A stretch of 64,000 nucleotides of DNA from the NCBI GenBank assembly GCA_030265395.1, contig JARFYF010000053.1:36939321-37003320 (forward strand), read 5' to 3'. Position 1 is the first letter of the stretch. The number at the start of each line of letters is the position of its first letter. Under the pieces are notes generated by a model, which saw only the letters and a program-made list of their open reading frames with translations, did not search any database and was not told the DNA's origin. A program made the translations under genes and the position numbers. Source of the DNA: Rhina ancylostomus (lineage: Eukaryota). Positions 22,621-34,988 of this stretch are shown piece after piece.

Positions 22621-25600
22621 GGACCAAATTATTCTGTGGCTGAAATAGCAGCAATGTTTCTGGTCTTATGCACTCTGAAGTTCAGAAAACAAAAGAACGA
22701 ATAGGAAGAGGGATTACAATGAAGCAGCACAACGAACCTCTTACATTGCGTGTTACAAAATTGGGGCTAAGAATGGCCCTTTCCGTCACTGTGATATCAC
22801 AAGTGGGTTCAAATGAAGGGATTGACTATTAAGGAACAGAAATAAAAAGTAATTTCATCACCCAGCTTCTCTTGAACCTATCTAACTCCTTAACATCATG
22901 AAGACCCAGTTTTATTTAGTAACTTCAAGATAGGGATTAGTGCATGATTTTGATATTTGGAGAGCCGAGGAATTTGGTGTAAACTTATAGAAAAAAATGA
23001 TCTTTAGTTTATGTAGTAGCAGAAAACAAAGTAAATAAGCAGAGAAGCGGAATCAGGAATTGTCCTTTGATTTCCCAGTGATTAACTGCATCGTAGCAGA
23101 TCATTTATGTTCCTGCACTAATCGCGCACTGCTTGAACTCTTTAATGTCTGAACATTAAATGACACCTTATTCATCAGCGAACGCTCTACCAAGGGCAGA
23201 GAATTCGATGAAATCACGAAAGCCAAGGCATGCAAAGCATATTCAGACCCTTACTTTGAGGATATCACGTCTGATTTTAAACAGCTCAGCAAGAAGAACC
23301 AGCACATCCCGTAAGATCTTTTCTACACATATAATGGACCACTTTTCCATCTGCTAAACAAAACTGAAAGCATTACTGTTCCTCTGATCTGATGCAATAA
23401 TCCTGCATGCCAGTAGGCAATCTGGTGAAACTTCCTTGCACTCTATCTATTGCAAATATATCATTCCTTCCGTTGGAAGACCAGGTGTAGTTACACGAAG
23501 GCTTACTAGTTGGAGAAACGCTTATTTAAACATGCAATGAAATCCTTTTGAGTCAATGCTAACATCAACCATGCCTGCTTAAACGCAAGTACGTTAACAT
23601 TAGGTGTTTCCTGTTCAAGGGCAAGCAAACTCCTCGAAACACCAATACATTGACTTCGTACACTACTTACCAACCAAATTGGGTCTCCGTTTTCTCACTG
23701 GGTGGATGACTTTTTTTCTGCATTATACTCCATATTTTCGCCAATTTACCTCCAAATGCTGCATCCAAAACTCTCTGACTTTTTGTCATAGCAGATTATG
23801 CTGCACGTTAGCTGTTGCAGAGTATCTCAATTCAGTACACAGAATTGTCCCACCCATCCAGACTCTGATCAAATGGATACACACATTCCTAACGCAGGAA
23901 TGACCAGATAAAATCTAATATTGATTTTCTGTACAGTATCCATTCCCCCACACAGACAAGCAAATCGATCACAAGAAGGTGCAGTCTATTTTTTTTAATG
24001 AATAACCATACGAGAAAGGCTTCGTTAAGGCATTCTGAAAGCCAAGAACGTCACATCCACTCATTTGCCTATAAACACTTTACAAATTACAGTAATGGGG
24101 GAAACACGAACAGATTTATCAAACCCGATTGTTCTCTGATGAATCCATCCTTACTATGGATTTCCAAGTGGCCTGTCAGTATATCCTCAAAGATAGGTTC
24201 CTCTAATTTTCGGATTACTGTTGTCATGAAAACCGCTATGAAATTATTTCCTTTTCGTTGCTTCATAATGGACAGAGCGTGACTTAAATCAGGAAAGAAG
24301 CGTCCAATAGCCCACTCCTGTTTCTATTAGGGTATCCATGTGTTGAAACATTTTCGGAATAGGTTTTCATGAAGACAGCGAGTTGACGGAACTTAGATTG
24401 TGTAGCTTAAGTCAACGGAGCTGCAACATTGAAAAGAGAGTTGGAGAAAATAGAAAGTTTTTCACCAATGAAAAAAGACTAAAGGAAATAGAAAACGGAG
24501 CTTTAGAATGAAACCAATGTCAAGACATGAGGACATAATAGGAGAATGGGATGAAGTTCCTTTCTCCTTTGAAGAGTTAGTGGAGACGCAGTGGTCGAAC
24601 GCCCGCCTTTTCTGATGTACCCGTCTATGAGTCCACAATATCACTACTCTCAGCGTCCAATACCCTCATTGTTTTTCAAATAATGAAAAAGGGGTTTGCC
24701 GATCGGCCTATAATGGTTCGTGAGCGGAAGGAGCAGTCCTAGGATGTCTCGGAACCAGGCTAAAGGCAGAAAACAAAGAATAACGTTGAAAAATTGGGTT
24801 TGCTCATTTGGAAGGCATTGAATGCTGTGCTTCAAACTTAGTGATTGGTGCACCGATCCACTGATACGTTTTTACGTTGGTGATATCGATATGCGATCCC
24901 GATTAAAAAAAACAAAGGGAGGACAAAACAAGCGTTGTTAACCGTTTCCAAACGTGCCTGAAAGCGAAATAGGAGAACCGAATACAATATTCAAATTTTG
25001 AACTTAATTTAATACCATTTTCGTGCTGACTGAAAAAAGAATGGAAATGGGGGTGGGGGGATAGCTGCAGGGTAATGCTGAGTTAAAATGAAGGATAAAC
25101 TAGAAATTCTGAGATATTTGAAAAGCTGGATGTGTTGATGCATGCAGGGAGTCCGTTTCGTGGAATTTGATGTGACGTAGTCAGAGCAGCTTTCTATAGA
25201 CTCTTATTTCCAGAGTCTTATAACAGGGAATCTGGTCAAGGGTGTTCCCCGAATAATCATACCTGGATTCAGATAAGACCTGCACAGGTGCTTCAGGAAC
25301 AACCGAATTATGGCAAGTCAGGTAAATTTATGATGGTAACAGACCAGAATGATAACGTAGGGAGTGCGTGTTCAGCAGTAAGTTCATGGTGAATACAAAA
25401 TTATAGGTCGTTAGCGAACAAACGAACCCTCTGACATGACCCACGATGAACATGGAGTCAGTTAATATGGTCTAGAGTTAGTGTCTTCAAGATGAGTTGT
25501 TACCAATTAAGGTATTACATACTTCGAAATGAGAGGAACAACAAATCATTTTATATTCATGTTTGACACTTCTAACTGTTGGATATAGAAATCTAAATCT

Positions 25601-25771
25601 ATATTAACATCATCGATGTTAATAAAGTAAATGGGATGAATTCTAATGCAGTCAATCGACTTCCAACTTATCACATTGGGAAAGAAATATGGAAGAAGTG
25701 ACAAAATAAGCAATCCAATTGCAGGGACATAGTTAAGTCTTCAGAATGAACGTGCAGTTATCGTGACTTAC

Positions 25772-25910
25772 CAGGAATAGCAATAATGGCAAGGACGGGG
25801 TAATACACGGGTTGAATAGTCCAGAGTGCATAACAGAACCGCCTGTCTAAAGAAAAACGATAATGAAGTTCAGAGAACACATCAAAAGCCCAGAAGATAT
25901 TCTGACCCAT
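25772..25910 (-). CDS. GPR139-like GPCR gene A, exon 1
   Basis: MGQNIFWAFDVFSELHYRFSLDRRFCYALWTIQPVYYPVLAIIAIP, then G|gtaagt (consensus phase-1 donor). The 139 nt are in frame with exon 2 (G+TG = Val). The start ATG is the least certain part. Confidence 0.82.
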
Positions 25911-26639
25911 TGCTTTTATATTCAAGATTCTGCTGAGCCAGCTTCCTCTCTGAGGAAAAGTTGATCTCCGTCGGTGGCGATAGTGATTCACTGCCAGACA
26001 CTTTGCGAAAACTCTTTGAAATAAACCACATATTAATAGAAGAGGGCAAGCCTCTGGGGACTCAAGCAGCCTCTGTGGAAACTGACAATAATTGCAGGCA
26101 CTATGCAAATAGCTTCAGTTAACTCCTTCTTCACCATGTGTTGTTGATTTGAACAAGATATAAACCAGACCAGGCGGAGACTGTTGGTGTCTTTGTGAGG
26201 AAGACCGGTGGAAAAAGCGAAATTTCTAACCATAATAGATTAGTTTATATCGGGGATGGGACTTGTATTTGATGACTAGAGACTTGCAGCTGATGTTTTC
26301 TGTTTTACCTGACGGATGGGCCAACCGCATAACTGTTCTAATATCTTGCTCTTCTTATGTTGGTGAAGATTTAATAGCGATGATCGAGGAAGACAAGAAC
26401 TGTTACATGTGAAATAATGAAGACAGAGACTGAAATAGAACAGAAATCATTATTGGAATTCAGTCAAGCCAGATCGAGTTCTTAGATTACAGATGCAGTT
26501 GACCATTGATAAAACAAAGTTTATGTGTCTGGTCTTTCAAACTTTATTTTTCCATACACCACCTGTGGGTATAAGAACATTCAAACTATGGAAATGGAAG
26601 GGCCTGGCAGCAAAATTGAAACTTTGCCGAAGTGATCGA

Positions 26640-27970
26640 AATCAGAGTGTAGCGATGAGTGTTGAACTTTAGAGGAATATTCAGAGTACAGTGACTAAAA
26701 AAGAAATATTTTTTGTTGGGTGGGGGTGACGCCTGTTGGCATGTGAAGCGCAAAGGATCTTGCAGATGAACTAAATAATTATAAACGACGATTAATTTTG
26801 CTGAGTTATTCGGGTAAACAAGAGAAAGTAGCGAGGTGAACTCTATTCAATGCTACTGTACTAGTAAAAATAACAACTTACCTTTTCTTGGGATAGATAT
26901 AATAGAGGGACAAGAGTTTATATTGTCAATAGTTAGGTGTGAATTTGGAACCAGGAAATTTAATGTTGTCGTGGGATCAGCAGCACTGGGCGTGGAACAG
27001 CGCATGTTGCGTGAAGGTCATACATAATTTGGGATATATAGATGGATTTATAAGTGATGTTATCACAGGCCAGCTGTGTCACCTGGTTTGTCTACAAAAG
27101 GAATCGAATGGTAGCTGGAAAATGGCGGCAGATTATTGTCAGTGAATAAATATGACCATCCGCTACTTGTCGCTGTTCTAGATATTGACTTTGGTAGAAC
27201 TTCCCAACGCGACGTTCAATGTTATACCAGTTTATATTTAACAGATGTTTTTGATGTGCATATTACCATGTATATTTGGTTACATATATCGATACGAGAT
27301 CAAATTGCTTTCACACGGGAATGTCGTACCCCCCACCCCATAAATTACCTCCTCTCTTTATATTTTCCGACTCTATTTTATGGCTTAGCAGCAAGGGATT
27401 AAACAGTGTAAAATGTCCTACCTGATACACTAAATCCGCATTATATTGAAAATATATTATTGCTCGGAGATATTTTGCAAATAGTAAATGGAGCTTTGAA
27501 ATGTTCTAAGATGTAGTTCGGTATATGAAGAACAGAGCGTTGGAAATCAATCCAGAGAAAATGCAATGACCCAGCACAAAGGGATACAATGGTGTGAAGG
27601 AGAATGGTAATGCCAGAAAAGGCGAAGAATAAAATTCAGGATATAGCACAACCCACAACCAAGAAAGAGGAATGGAAGTTTGTGGGATTACTCGGTAAGG
27701 TTACTGGAGATGACACATTTCGCAATTGACATTAAATGTAAACGATGTTTAAGGTGACACGGCAGAAGATATATCTTGAATGGATATACGAAGAATGACA
27801 TTCTTTTGAAGCTTCAACTGAGGCAATTTTGACTGGCTTAACTTTAGGCTCAGAGATTCCTGGACACAGGTTGGAGCTGTGGGTGTCACTAGAACGGAAT
27901 GAAACATCCCAAGGTCGAATGCAATATGCTTCTGGGAAGCATATGACTCTAAGTCTCTGGATAGGATATT
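26640..27970 (+). mobile_element. Decayed ERV-L-like (class III) pro-pol remnant, copy 2
   Basis: FLGIDII, QKESNGSWKMAADYCQ*, HYIENILL (HYIDDILL-like, ~27438), INPEKMQ*PST and PTTKKEEWKFVGLLG are class III pol motifs in the expected order. Confidence 0.7.
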
Positions 27971-28064
27971 TCTGGAACCAGTAGCTGTTTTTCAGAAGAC
28001 GTAAAGCCCGTATAAATGTAGTGTCAAAGGTTTATACTTTATGATGCAACTATACCAAATCATT

Positions 28065-28215
28065 CCAAAGATGTACAGGTTAGGAAATTGTGGGCATGCA
28101 ATGTTGGCGCCGGAAACGTGGCGACACTTGCGGGATGCCCCCAGAACACTCCACAAAAGATGCATTTACTGTGTGTTTCGAGGTACATGTGACTAATAAA
28201 GGTATGTTATCTATG
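28065..28215 (+). mobile_element. SINE 3' half with a Rex1-like tail
   Basis: ggcatgcaatgttggcgccggaaacgtggcgacacttgcggg is followed by gcatttactgtgtgtttcgaggtacatgtgactaataaa, which resembles the Rex1 3' end at ~1160-1203. Confidence 0.6.
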
Positions 28216-28582
28216 TGGTGTTATCTATTCGGTCTCTTTATTGAATGATATTCAGATAATAAATCACATTGCGTGGAACAAGAAGTCCAACAACAGACTG
28301 TAGAAAATAATATACAGTAGAATTTTAACATTGCACATTACGCAAAAGTCCATGGCATCACGGAATGGCTAAATGAGTTACTGAAGTAATTTTGACACAG
28401 ACATCTAAGCATGAAAACTGGGGTTACATTATTCCCCCCCACCCCACACACACACAGACAAAAAAAAACACTCAATGGAGCACAAATTGCAGAAGGACAA
28501 TACAATGCACAATGAGTGTTAATCATTAACGAAGACAATCCTTCAGGGATGAATGGTGAGAAATGAAGAAAACGACCATGGA

Positions 28583-29316
28583 TGTTCATGGAGTGTTCCT
28601 TTAAGACACTTGAGCGTTTGGCTTTGGCTGACTGCAGCGAGTGGGAGCGGAGAGCTTCTATGACTGGGATAATTGGAATGCTGCAGGTGTCTGTCGGCTG
28701 ATTCATTGAAGTGCTGGCAAAAGCAGACGTGTCTGTGAGCTGATACCGAACCCGGCCACATATAGAGAGCGAGAGAGAGAGTGAGAGAGACGTGAAAATT
28801 GGTTGCACTGATTACCTGCCTCTGTATCTATAAGGGAAGCCCAATCGTTGGGTGCCTGTCACTTTACAATCCATACATGGATTTTTGGAGCAGTCTGTGG
28901 AGTCCACTTTGTCGCTAACCTGTTCCGGGAAACAGATGTATCAGTGGGTGGCAACGTATCGTGAGCCCTCAGTGTAGCAGATATTTCGGAACAAAGCACA
29001 AAGATATTTGGCCATTGGGGCGTCGTATTGTTTCCAATGTGGAACTTATGAACTTCGAAAAGTCCTCTCTATATTCTAAAGGTGGTTTTCAGAAGCCTTT
29101 GTTCATCGTTTTGCTTCGTGACTTGCTGAAGTGAACTGCTTTGCCATAGTAAACCTTTTAGTACTGTTCCTAGACTTGGTTTGGGAACTGGCCACACACT
29201 TCGTTTTATTTCGGTCAATGTCTGATATCCAATTTTTTTTACTAGTTGTTGTTAATATATAAGTTTTAATGTTGAAACCTTGCTCGTTATGTTTCTACTG
29301 CTGCTGGTACGTAACA
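28583..29316 (+). repeat. 5' LTR of the Gmr1-like element
   Basis: Homologous to 33163-33780 and ends ggtacgTAACA just before the PBS. The 5' start is approximate. Confidence 0.8.
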
Positions 29317-29320
29317 AAAT

Positions 29321-29333
29321 TGGGGACTCGTCC
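29321..29333 (+). promoter_or_regulatory. Primer binding site, tRNA-Pro
   Basis: tggggactcgtcc versus the canonical TGGGGGCTCGTCC, 4 nt after the LTR end. Confidence 0.8.
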
Positions 29334-29465
29334 TTATAAACTCAAAACTGATACAAGAGTTCCGGGTTTGAAACAAAATGGAGCTTATGGAACGATCCAT
29401 TGTCGATCTGACTGATAAATTTCATTTCTATTGCAGTGTGTGTGTGCGCGCGCTAACCAGCAACA

Positions 29466-32400
29466 ATGGATCTTGATGCATTTTTGAAATTGCCAAGCCC
29501 TGTGGGATTGCAGGAGGCAAGTAAGGCAGAGTTGTTGAGCAGTGCTAAAAAGTTAAGACTTGAAGCATCACAGTGGTCTATGAGAAAGGCAAACATTCGG
29601 AGAATGATAGCTGAATATAATGTGGCTGAGGAGGTGTTTGAGGAGACCAAGTTATAACAACTTCCTGAGAGTAAACCTGAGACCTCTGATGCCCAGGTGA
29701 AGCTGTCACAGACGCAATTTGAACCAATGAAGCTAGAGATAGAGTCTGAGCAAGAATAAAAGAAGCTGCAGATAAAAGCTGACCTGGAACTGAATCGGCA
29801 GGCGGCGGAGAAACAGGAGAAATAGCGGTGGCATGAGTTGGAAATGATAAAATTTGGGGGTTCTGTTTCTGGTCCTGGTGGTGCCTTTATAGCCAGTAGG
29901 GATGTTTAATTATTCCCTCCGTTTGAGGAGGATCAGGTTGATCAGTATATTCAACATTTTGAAAAAGTTACTGAGAGTTCAAAGTGGCCACGGGAGCGTT
30001 GTCTCTTGTGTTGCAAATTGGGATTAAAGGTAAAGCTCAACAAGCTTATTATGCCCTATACGTTAATGAAGCAGCTAACTATGAGATAGTAAAACATGCT
30101 GTGCTTAAAGCCTATGAATTGACTCCCGAAGCTTATAGACAAAAGTATAAAAATCTGTAAACCAGGGTTATATGGAATTTTCTAATGAAAAAGACTGTGT
30201 TTTGAACGATGGTACACGTCTAACAATGTAAATGACAATTATAACAGATAGAAAGAATTGAGTTTAGAGGAAGAGTTCAAAAGGTGTGACTTACAAACAT
30301 TTAAATGAGAAGGAAGTGGTAACTTTGCAAGAAACTGATAAGTTAGCAGATGAGTTTGCTTTAACCCACAGGTTTAAGTTGGGATAAACTAAGACCTTAA
30401 ATATGAATAATCCTGCTAAATCAGAAATCAAATTGGGAAGTAGTGTCAAGGGGAAAATGATCGGAAGCAAGTATCAGAGAAACCTGCTTATCGTACTTGT
30501 TATTATTGTAAGAAACCCGATCATGTGTTAGCGAATTGTTCCCTCCTGAAGAAAAAGAAAGGAAAGGAGGCACTGCCAGACGCTTGTTTGAAAAAAAAAG
30601 TTGAAACAACTGAAAACTAAAAGGGTTATGGACATGCTGATATATCTGAACCCTTGGACAGAGTTAGGAATGAATTCCGTTCTTTTGTGTCAGAGGGTTT
30701 GTTCTCAGTGAAAGATGGGTCACCTCTGGTGCCAGTGAAAATCCTTCGAGATACTGGGGCCTCCCAGTCCCTCTTGTTAGAGAGTGTTTTAAAATTTGCT
30801 AATGATAAAGCCACTGGGGAGGTAAATCTGTTTCTAGGCATTTCAGATGACATTGTGTCTGTACCTCTGCACAAGGTAATTTTGAGGTCAGAGTTAGTAG
30901 GAGGAACTATTAAGATAAGACTCCGACCTAGCGAAAGGAGTTTCTTTGCTATTACGGAATGACCGTTTCGGTGGTAATTTTGTCCCTGCGGTGCAGCTAA
31001 CAACCAAACCAATTATTAATGAGTCAAAGATCGATTCAGATGTTTATCCGTCCTGTGCAGTGACTCGAGCTATGGATAAGAAACTGGTCAATGCGGATGG
31101 TCCTGTGCAGCCTGAGTTTGTTCCCTGTGACAACCCAAAACGAGATTCAAGTTCTGATTACATGTCAGAGATTTGTCTTTCTTCACTTGTGGACCAAAGT
31201 CCGTGTGTTGAGTCCGAGTGTAAAGATTTATATTTATCCAGAAAAGAGTTTATAACGGAGCAGATCTAAGACACTGAGCTCACTGCGTTGAGAGAAAAAG
31301 CTCTCTCAAGTGATGAGATTGAGGAAGTGCCTGTTGGATATAATTTTAAAAATGGAGCGTTGATGAGGAAGTGGAGACCTCCTCGTATTCCTGTTAGTGA
31401 GGAATGGACAGTTGTTTACCAATTTGTGGTTCCAAAAATTTATAGAATTGAGATTCTAAGCCTGGCCCATAGTATGCCCTTAGGCGTTCACATTGGTGTG
31501 AACAAGACTGTAAAGAAGGTTATGAAACAATTATTTTGGCCTGGTGTGAGAAAAAATGTTGTGACATTTTGTAGGATGTGTCACGAATGTCAGATTGTAG
31601 GTAAACCTAATCAGAGTCCCCTTGCAGCTCCATTGCAGCTTATTCCTGCATTTGGTGTACTCTTTTCAAAAAGGTAATTGTAGATTGATTTCGCCCATTG
31701 CCAAAGTCTAAGGCTGGGAATCAGTATTTATTAACTATCATGTGTAAAACCTCTAGATTTACAGTAACAATACCATTCAGCAATATTAAAGCCAAAACCG
31801 TATCAAAGGCTCTTATAAATGTTTTCAACTTAGTAGGTTTGCCTAAAATATCCATAGTGGTCAAGGGAGTAATTTTATGTCAGGACTATTTCAACAGGTA
31901 GTTTATGAGCTGGAAGCTAAGCAGATTATATCTTCTTCGTACCATGAAGGAACACAAGGGACCGTAGAAAGGTTCCATTCGAGACTCAAATCATGATGAG
32001 AAGATTTTTTTTTGGGAAAGTCAAGGATTGGGATGAGGGAGTTCATTTGCTTTTGTTTGGAGGAAGGGAGTTAGTGCAAATATCCCTAGGTTTCAGTCCA
32101 TTTGAACTTGTGTTTGGATATCAGGTTAGAGGATCTTCAGTGTTATTAAAGAACAGTGTTTTAATCAAAACAAGCATTTGAATTTGTTCGGCTGTGTTCT
32201 GAAATTAAAAACAACGATTGAAGAGAACGTTCCAGTTAGCAAGGGTAATTTAAAAAGCTACACAGCTACCGGGAATGACACGTGGGAAGCTCATATCTCT
32301 GCGTTGGAAAAATTATTTGAAAAACTCTCCAAAGCTAATCTTACAGTTAATTTGGCTAAGAATTTGACAATGCCACTGTGACCTATCTTGGTTACGTAAT

Positions 32401-33033
32401 AGGTCAAGGCAGGTTAGCTCCTGTTCAGGCAAAAGTTCACCCAATCTCTGAATTTCCCATGCCAAAGGGGTACGAGAACTGTTACAAGATTTCTGATATA
32501 GTTGCATATTATCGCAGCTTATGCAGGAATTTTGCTGATATTGCTCTTCCTTTAACTAATCATTTTTAGAAGGGTGTGAAGCTTGGACAAAGCCTTGTCA
32601 GGAAGCATTAGAGATATTGAAAACTATTTTATGTCACCAACCCGTGCTCAAATCACCTGACTGTGAAAAGCCATTTTGATTAGCAGTAGATGCCAGTGAT
32701 GAAGCTGCGGGAGCAGTGTTATTACAGAAGGATGTCTATGATGGTATTGACCATCCTGTAGCTTATTTTTCAAAGAGGTTTCCTGAGAATCAAAAGAATT
32801 ATTCCACCATAGACAAAGAATTATTGTCGCTTATGATGTTTATGTTTGCACAGCTCAGAAACCACTTGCTGTGTTTACAGATCACTACCAACTGTTTTTT
32901 TGAACAGGTTGAAGAAAAGAACAGAAGATTGTTAAAATGGGGTTTAATTTTGCAAGGTTATGATTTCATGATAACTCACATTAAAGGCAAAGATAAAATA
33001 ATTGTCCATTGTCTTTCCAGATACCAAGTTTGA
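29466..33033 (+). pseudogene. gag-pol of the Gmr1-like element, fragmented, with most of RT deleted
   Basis: ORF pieces 29466-29657, 30654-30962, 31288-31677, 31698-31901, 31993-32181, 32378-32569 and 32716-33033 form a collinear polyprotein. Confidence 0.85.
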
Positions 33034-33162
33034 AATGTATCTTTAATAATGGATTTTTTCGTCTGTTTCATGTGATATAATTGTAAATGTATCGTCTTAC
33101 TCATTATAATACGCAGTCAAACTTCTGTTCTTTCAGATCATTTTTTTTCTTTTTCGAGGAGG

Positions 33163-33780
33163 TGTTACGAGCCCCTGTTTGCTACTTGATGAGTGTCCTT
33201 TGTGGACACCTGAACGGTAGCGTGTGGCTTTGTCTGACTGCTGCGAGTGAGGGCGGACTGCTTATATGACTGGGATAACTGTCATGCTGCAGGTGTCTGC
33301 AGTCTACTTCATTAAAGCGCTAGCAACTCCAGACGGGTCTGAGAGCTAGTTCCCGAACCCGGCACAGAAAGAGAGCAAGAGAGAAAAAAAAGAGACGTGA
33401 CAGTTGGTAGCACTGTCTGCGACCCTCTGTAACTATGAGTGAATCCCAATCGTTCGGTGCCTTTCACTTTGCAATCCATAATGGATTTTGGAGCAATCTG
33501 TGGAGTCCACTTTGTTGCTAACCTGTACTGAGAGGCAGATATATCTGGGGGGGGGGGGGGGGGGCACGTTTCCTGTGCCCACCGTTTGGCACATATTTAT
33601 TAAAATCTGAATTTCCGCTCAACATTCTAACATAGTTTTCAGAGGCCTTTGCTTATCATTTTGCTTCGTGACTTGTTGATTTGAGATGGTTTGCCAGAGT
33701 AAAACTTTGAGAACAGTTCCTAAACTTGGTGTTTTAGGAACTGCGCACAGATACTCCGTTTATTTCGGTCAATATCTGAT
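33163..33780 (+). repeat. 3' LTR of the Gmr1-like element (3'-truncated)
   Basis: Starts TGTTACGAG right after the PPT. Homology to the 5' LTR stops at atttcggtcaatatctgat. Confidence 0.8.
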
Positions 33781-33783
33781 AAG

Positions 33784-34413
33784 ATGGTTCTGAGTTCTGG
33801 CCCTCAATTTGGCTCCATTAATGCCTTGTTGTCCAGCACATGGATTCCCTGCTGGGCTGATAAGATAACAATACACAACTGAGCCCCATCAGGGGCCTAG
33901 CATAAGAACCTGTGTTTCTCTGGCACTAGTTGCCAGCGTAATGGTTTACCTTTAGGTATACTTTGGTTCCAGATGCGAAGAATAGGTTTACTCTAGAGCA
34001 GTCCTGTGTTCTCTATTCCATTCTGAAGATCCAGTTCGTGTTGGGATTCCTCTTCTGATCTCTGAGGCAAGAGGCCTTCCAGTTACTGCTTGTGTTTGTA
34101 CTGAGGAAGTATCCTGACTCCAGTCTTGTATCAGTGTGCCGAATTTGAGTTCTCTGTGAGTTTGCTCCGGATCAACATAGTGACAGAAGACTCTGGCCCT
34201 TACTGCAACTGTTGGGCAGCTCAGTGAACAGGTCAGNNNNNNNNNNNNNNNNNNNNNNNNNNNNNNNNNNNNNNNNNNNNNNNNNNNNNNNNNNNNNNNN
34301 NNNNNNNNNNNNNNNNNNNNNNNNNNNNNNNNNNNNGTATCCTGACTCCAGTCTTGTATCAGTGTGCCGCATTTGGGTTCTCTGTGAGTTTGCTCTGGAT
34401 CAACTTTGTGACA
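33784..34413. repeat. Unclassified interspersed repeat with internal tandem subunits, copy 1
   Basis: Closely similar to 43802-44339 with the same ends (atggttctgagttctggccctc ... tgtgaca). Confidence 0.8.
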
Positions 34414-34831
34414 ACTTCTGCTGCCAGCACTCAATGGGAAGAAACCCAATAATAATATCTTTTATTGTAGGAAAAAAATCTATTGACAATTAAGAGCAGA
34501 ACTCATATTCAACCCAACCGTTGCAATATAATTAATTCACAAACGTTGGTACATGAAAATGAACATTGAATCTCCTCAAATCTTATCGACGGTGTCACGT
34601 AGTCAAAGCAATACCTGGCCACATGGTTCAGAAAAATAATTCAGCGCTTCGGTAAATTCCTGCGCTTGGGTCTTTGTCAATAGTCAATAAGTTCCATTAA
34701 AAGAAAGTGGTAATTCAATGGCTGATCAGAATGTGAGTCATGACTGCAAGGCTATTCAACAAAAGCAGTCACAGAGTGAAACAAGCAACGAGCGAACACG
34801 CAGAATTACAAATATGCTAGAAGCTATTTAC

Positions 34832-34898
34832 TAGGGGTTCCAATAACGGCAATAATCATGTAATATATTTTCCTGGCACTGGTAGAAGTCTCCAGCAT
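34832..34898 (-). other. Orphan GPR139-like first coding exon (MLETSTSARKIYYMIIAVIGTP)
   Basis: 67 nt with a phase-1 donor A|gtaaat. Length and pattern match exon 1 of gene B (MLVTFNSVKKLYYLMLAIMGIP). No dedicated exon 2 is seen. Confidence 0.75.
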
Positions 34899-34981
34899 TT
34901 CCTTCTGTAGTGGCGCGTTCTTTCGTGATGCACACAAAAGGGCATTTAAACAAACGAAAATAGACGATCCCAATGCCCTTA

Positions 34982-34988
34982 CTTTATA
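34982..34988 (-). promoter_or_regulatory. Putative TATA box (TATAAAG) of the orphan exon
   Basis: About 85 nt upstream of the ATG at 34898. Based on motif and position only. Confidence 0.35.

Larger units (their letters stand above)
28583..33780 (+). mobile_element. Gmr1-like Gypsy LTR retrotransposon (gag-PR-IN-RT-RH order), degenerate
   Basis: Two homologous LTRs, a tRNA-Pro PBS and PPT gaggagg (33156-33162). Gag PPFEEDQVDQY..F..KWP..VKHAVLKAYELTPEAYRQKY, knuckle CYYCKKPDHVLANC (30498-30539) and protease ILRDTGASQS. Integrase (LAH..HIGV..FWPG..C..CHECQ..GK) precedes the RT/RH remnants (NLTVNLAK, AVDAS..GAVLLQ..HPVAYFSK). Confidence 0.9.

Noticed and set aside
25914-25920. TATAAAA as the gene A promoter
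   Set aside because: It lies only 3 nt from the presumed ATG, which is incompatible with that start. It is either chance or a sign that the start assignment needs RNA data.
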